Below are positions 60,776 to 64,000 of a stretch of 64,000 bases of DNA, one piece after another. The DNA is from Amphiscolops sp. MND2022. Taxonomy: Eukaryota. Every line of letters starts with the position of its first letter. Position 1 is the first letter of the stretch. Location: NCBI GenBank assembly GCA_964187785.1, contig OZ076409.1:83206001-83270000 (forward strand). Direction: 5' to 3'. A program made the position numbers and the translations under genes. The notes under the pieces are model-generated. The model had not been told where the DNA came from. It saw only the letters and a list, made by a program, of their open reading frames with translations, and made no database searches.

Positions 60776-61399
60776 TCCCCAGATTAAAATACGCTTAACT
60801 AATGTATTTTGTATTTTTTCGAATAATTATTCTTCACCGACCAAGTTCTAAGCCTAATTAGTCTTGATATTCACGATCGGAAACACCAAAAGAGCTAAAA
60901 TTGCAACTGAATAAAAATCGTTTCATAATGTGAAGTACAACCCCTCTTTATCATGTCATTTCTACTCAGTTGTCAGGTTTTTTCCGATCCAAAAAATATG
61001 ATCAAAAGTACTACTGCCCGAAAATTATATTGCCCTCTCTGACCTCGAGCCATCCCGTCGGCAATATTTTAAAAATCTTTCGCTGGGATCAAGTTGCTTT
61101 AGTACTATGAGCAGGATTGCGATTGAAGATGATTGGAGAAGTTAAAATTGTAATTATTTGACCTGATTTGATGCATAATAGTTTGAACACACCGTATTTG
61201 AAGGCTGAAAGCAGGTTAATTTACATTTACAGCAAAGTACTAGTAGCGCTAGATTCCTTGAAACGCATATAAATTCCAAGAAGTCCAAGACGTGAGTCGT
61301 ACCATATATGGTGATGACGTAACATCGTTCTATTTGAAGTTTTTTTGAGGTTCTTTTTTGTCTATTTGAGGTTTTTTTTGTCTACAAACTCATGCATTT

Positions 61400-63485
61400 A
61401 TTTCTTCACAAAAGTCTACTGGACAACGAATTTCATCACTTTTTCCAGGAACTCCAAAGCAAATTTTACAAAAGTTGCATAAAAGAGTAAATCTGAGTTT
61501 TTCGGAGTTTTTGTCGAATTGAGGCATTCATTCATTGAAAACTGCTTTTATTTGTTCAGAACAGCATCCTGGACAACGAATTCTTTTTTGGAAAGTGTTA
61601 TGTTCTAAATCACGAAGAGTATCGGATATCGGAAATTAGACAAAAATTGCTCAAAATTTTATTTTAAAAATCAGAAGTTTTTTGGACGATTGTTAATTTC
61701 TGTCTGAATTTTCCCAGGAAAAAAACTGCCTTTAATTTTACAAAGAAGCCCCCTGGACAACGTAATTCTCCTTTCTGAACATTTACAACAATCTAAGGCA
61801 CTCGAAAAGTTAACTAAATTTGCTTGAAAACGTAAAAATTAGGATTTCTTAGTGTTTTTGTAAATGTCGGTGAACGTTTTTTAGGAGACTGCATTTATTT
61901 CTTCAGAAACATCGCGTGGAAAACGAATTTTTTCCCCGTTAGACGTTTTCAACATTCTAGGCAACGAAGACTATCGACAATTTTATTAAAATTGCATTAC
62001 AACTATAACAATTGGGAAAAAATTTCTATTTTTATCATTTTTGGGTTTTTTTGGGTCATTCTGGGGTCTTTGGTGTCAACCAAAAAGTCAAAAAATATCT
62101 ACACATACATATCGCAAAATTCGTAACTTGGCAAAAAAGTGCAGCTGATTTCAATATATACCAGAAAATAGAAGAATCTTTCGATAAAGACGAAATGTAT
62201 AGACTCCCTGATTTCTCCTTGAATGATGTGAAAAACAGAGTTACAACAAGTACTCAGAGTCACATGAAATAGAACATAAGAAAGTCAAAATCGAGCAATT
62301 ATTCTCTGACATGAACAGACAAATAGGCGAAATAACTAGCCTAGTAAGGACTTTGACCAAAAGGATTGCCTCTAATGGTAGAGAAGGGAACGAAGTAAAT
62401 ACATTTAACAACTACATCCGGTTTCTATTATCTCCGGTACACCCGGTACACTTATCTCCACAAAAGTTTACTGGACAACGAATTTCATCTTGCTGAACGT
62501 TTTCATCACTTTTTCCAGGAACTCCAAAGCAAATTTTACAAAAGTTGCATAAAAGAGTAAATCTGAGATTTTCGGAGTTTTTGTCGAATTGAGGCATTCA
62601 TTCATTGAAAACTGCTTTTATTTGTTCAGAACAGCATCCTGGACAACGAATTCTTTTTTGGAAAGTGTTATGTTCTAAATCACGAAGAGTATCGGATATC
62701 GGAAATTAGACAAAAATTGCTCAAAATTTTTTTTAAATCAGAAGTTTTTTGGATGTTTGTTAATTTCTGTCTGAATTTTTCCAGCAAAAAACTGCCTGTA
62801 TTTTTACAAAGAAGCCTCCTGGACAACGTAATTCTCCTTTCTGAACATTTACAACAATCTAAGGCACTTGAAAAGTTGACTAAATTTGCTTGAAAACGTA
62901 AAAATTAGGATTTCTTAGTGTTTTTGTAAATGTCGGTGAACGTTTTTTAGGAGCCTGCATTTATTTCTTCAGAAACATCTCGTGGAAAACGAATTTTTTC
63001 CCCGTTAGACGTTTTCAACATTCTAGGCAACGAAGACTATCGACAATTTTATTAAAAATGCATTACAACTATAACAATTGGAAAGAAATTTCTATTTTTA
63101 TCATTTTTGGTTTTTTTTGGTCATTCTGGGGTCTTTGGTGTCAACCAAAAAGTCAAAAAATATCTACACATACATATTGCAAATTTCGTAACTTGGCAAA
63201 AAAGTGCGGCTGATTTCAATTTATACAAAAAATAGAGGAATCTTTCGATAACGACGAAATGTATAGACTCCCTGATTTCTCCTTGAATGATGTGGAAATT
63301 AGAGTTACAACAAATACTCAGAGTCACATGAAATAGAACATAAGAAAGTCAAAATCGGCAATTATTCTCTGACATGAACAGACAAATAGGCGAAATAACT
63401 AGCCTAGTAAGGACTTTGACCGAAAGGATTGCCTCTAATAGTAGAGAAGGGAACGAAGTAAATACATTTAACAACTACACCCGGT
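61400..63485. repeat. Tandem duplication of about 1.05 kb with internal CTGGACAACGAATT subrepeats
   Basis: About 61400-62422 is repeated at about 62452-63485 with scattered substitutions. Confidence 0.88.
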
Positions 63486-64000
63486 AGTCGTTCCGACACC
63501 GAGTCTCAATGCCGCGTCTCCTAATCTTCAATTTTAACCCATTCGAGACAGTGAAGCGATACTTGGCACTGAATTACATTACTTTGGCTAACTGGATTGT
63601 AATTTTCAGCAATGAAATTATTCAACTGGCGCGATAAAGTGGTTTAATTAACATTAGAGGGCTAAATACAGCTTATATCCAATATGATGCAGCAGCATTG
63701 TAAGTAAATTTCAGTTCAATCACAAAAAGAGAAATGAAAAAATCTGGAATTCGACCTGACTCGACTGAAATTCCAATAAGCAAAACAAGCGAACGGCTCC
63801 TACATTTTCTGATCTAGTGTGCCTTGTTGAACAAACATCGTTGTGTTTTAGGTAAAAACCGAAAATCTCATTGGATTGTTGGAATTGATATAGCAAGTTT
63901 AAGTTGTAAATTTTGCTTCTCACCCGTCAATGAAAACGGGAGATTTGAATGAGAAAGAAAGCGGATTGAGAATCATATCTCAAGTTGAATTACAGATTCT

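Overview
This is eukaryotic, AT-rich, probably invertebrate-animal DNA (taxon not determinable from sequence alone). About 50 kb of it is a cluster of LTR retrotransposons. There are three diverged Ty3/Gypsy elements: A (<1..15110, minus strand, LTR copies look identical), B (15759..24654, minus, TSD AGATT, internally deleted) and C (25604..50352, plus, TSD CATCT, decayed). A young BEL/Pao element (28703..37859, TSD AGCAA) is nested in the protease region of C. The main candidate new system is an accessory cassette between pol and the 3' LTR of the Gypsy elements. It holds an antisense spliced gene, which in A is an intact 8-exon, 1087-aa ORF with a zinc finger, resembling a catalytically dead hAT transposase; C has a decayed homologue with a conserved 82-nt exon. 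It also holds a divergently oriented sense ORF with SUMO-interacting-like motifs that ends inside the 3' LTR. In all three Gypsy elements Gag starts inside the LTR and reads through the PBS, and A and C have no canonical PPT. The BEL element carries an extra SGNH-hydrolase-like ORF and a tRNA-like Pol III box pair in its LTR. The last 14 kb holds an EMRE/SMDT1-like host exon, Helentron-type non-autonomous elements, CCC...GGG MITEs, a Tc1/mariner relic and tandem repeats. All calls were made by eye; no database searches were run.
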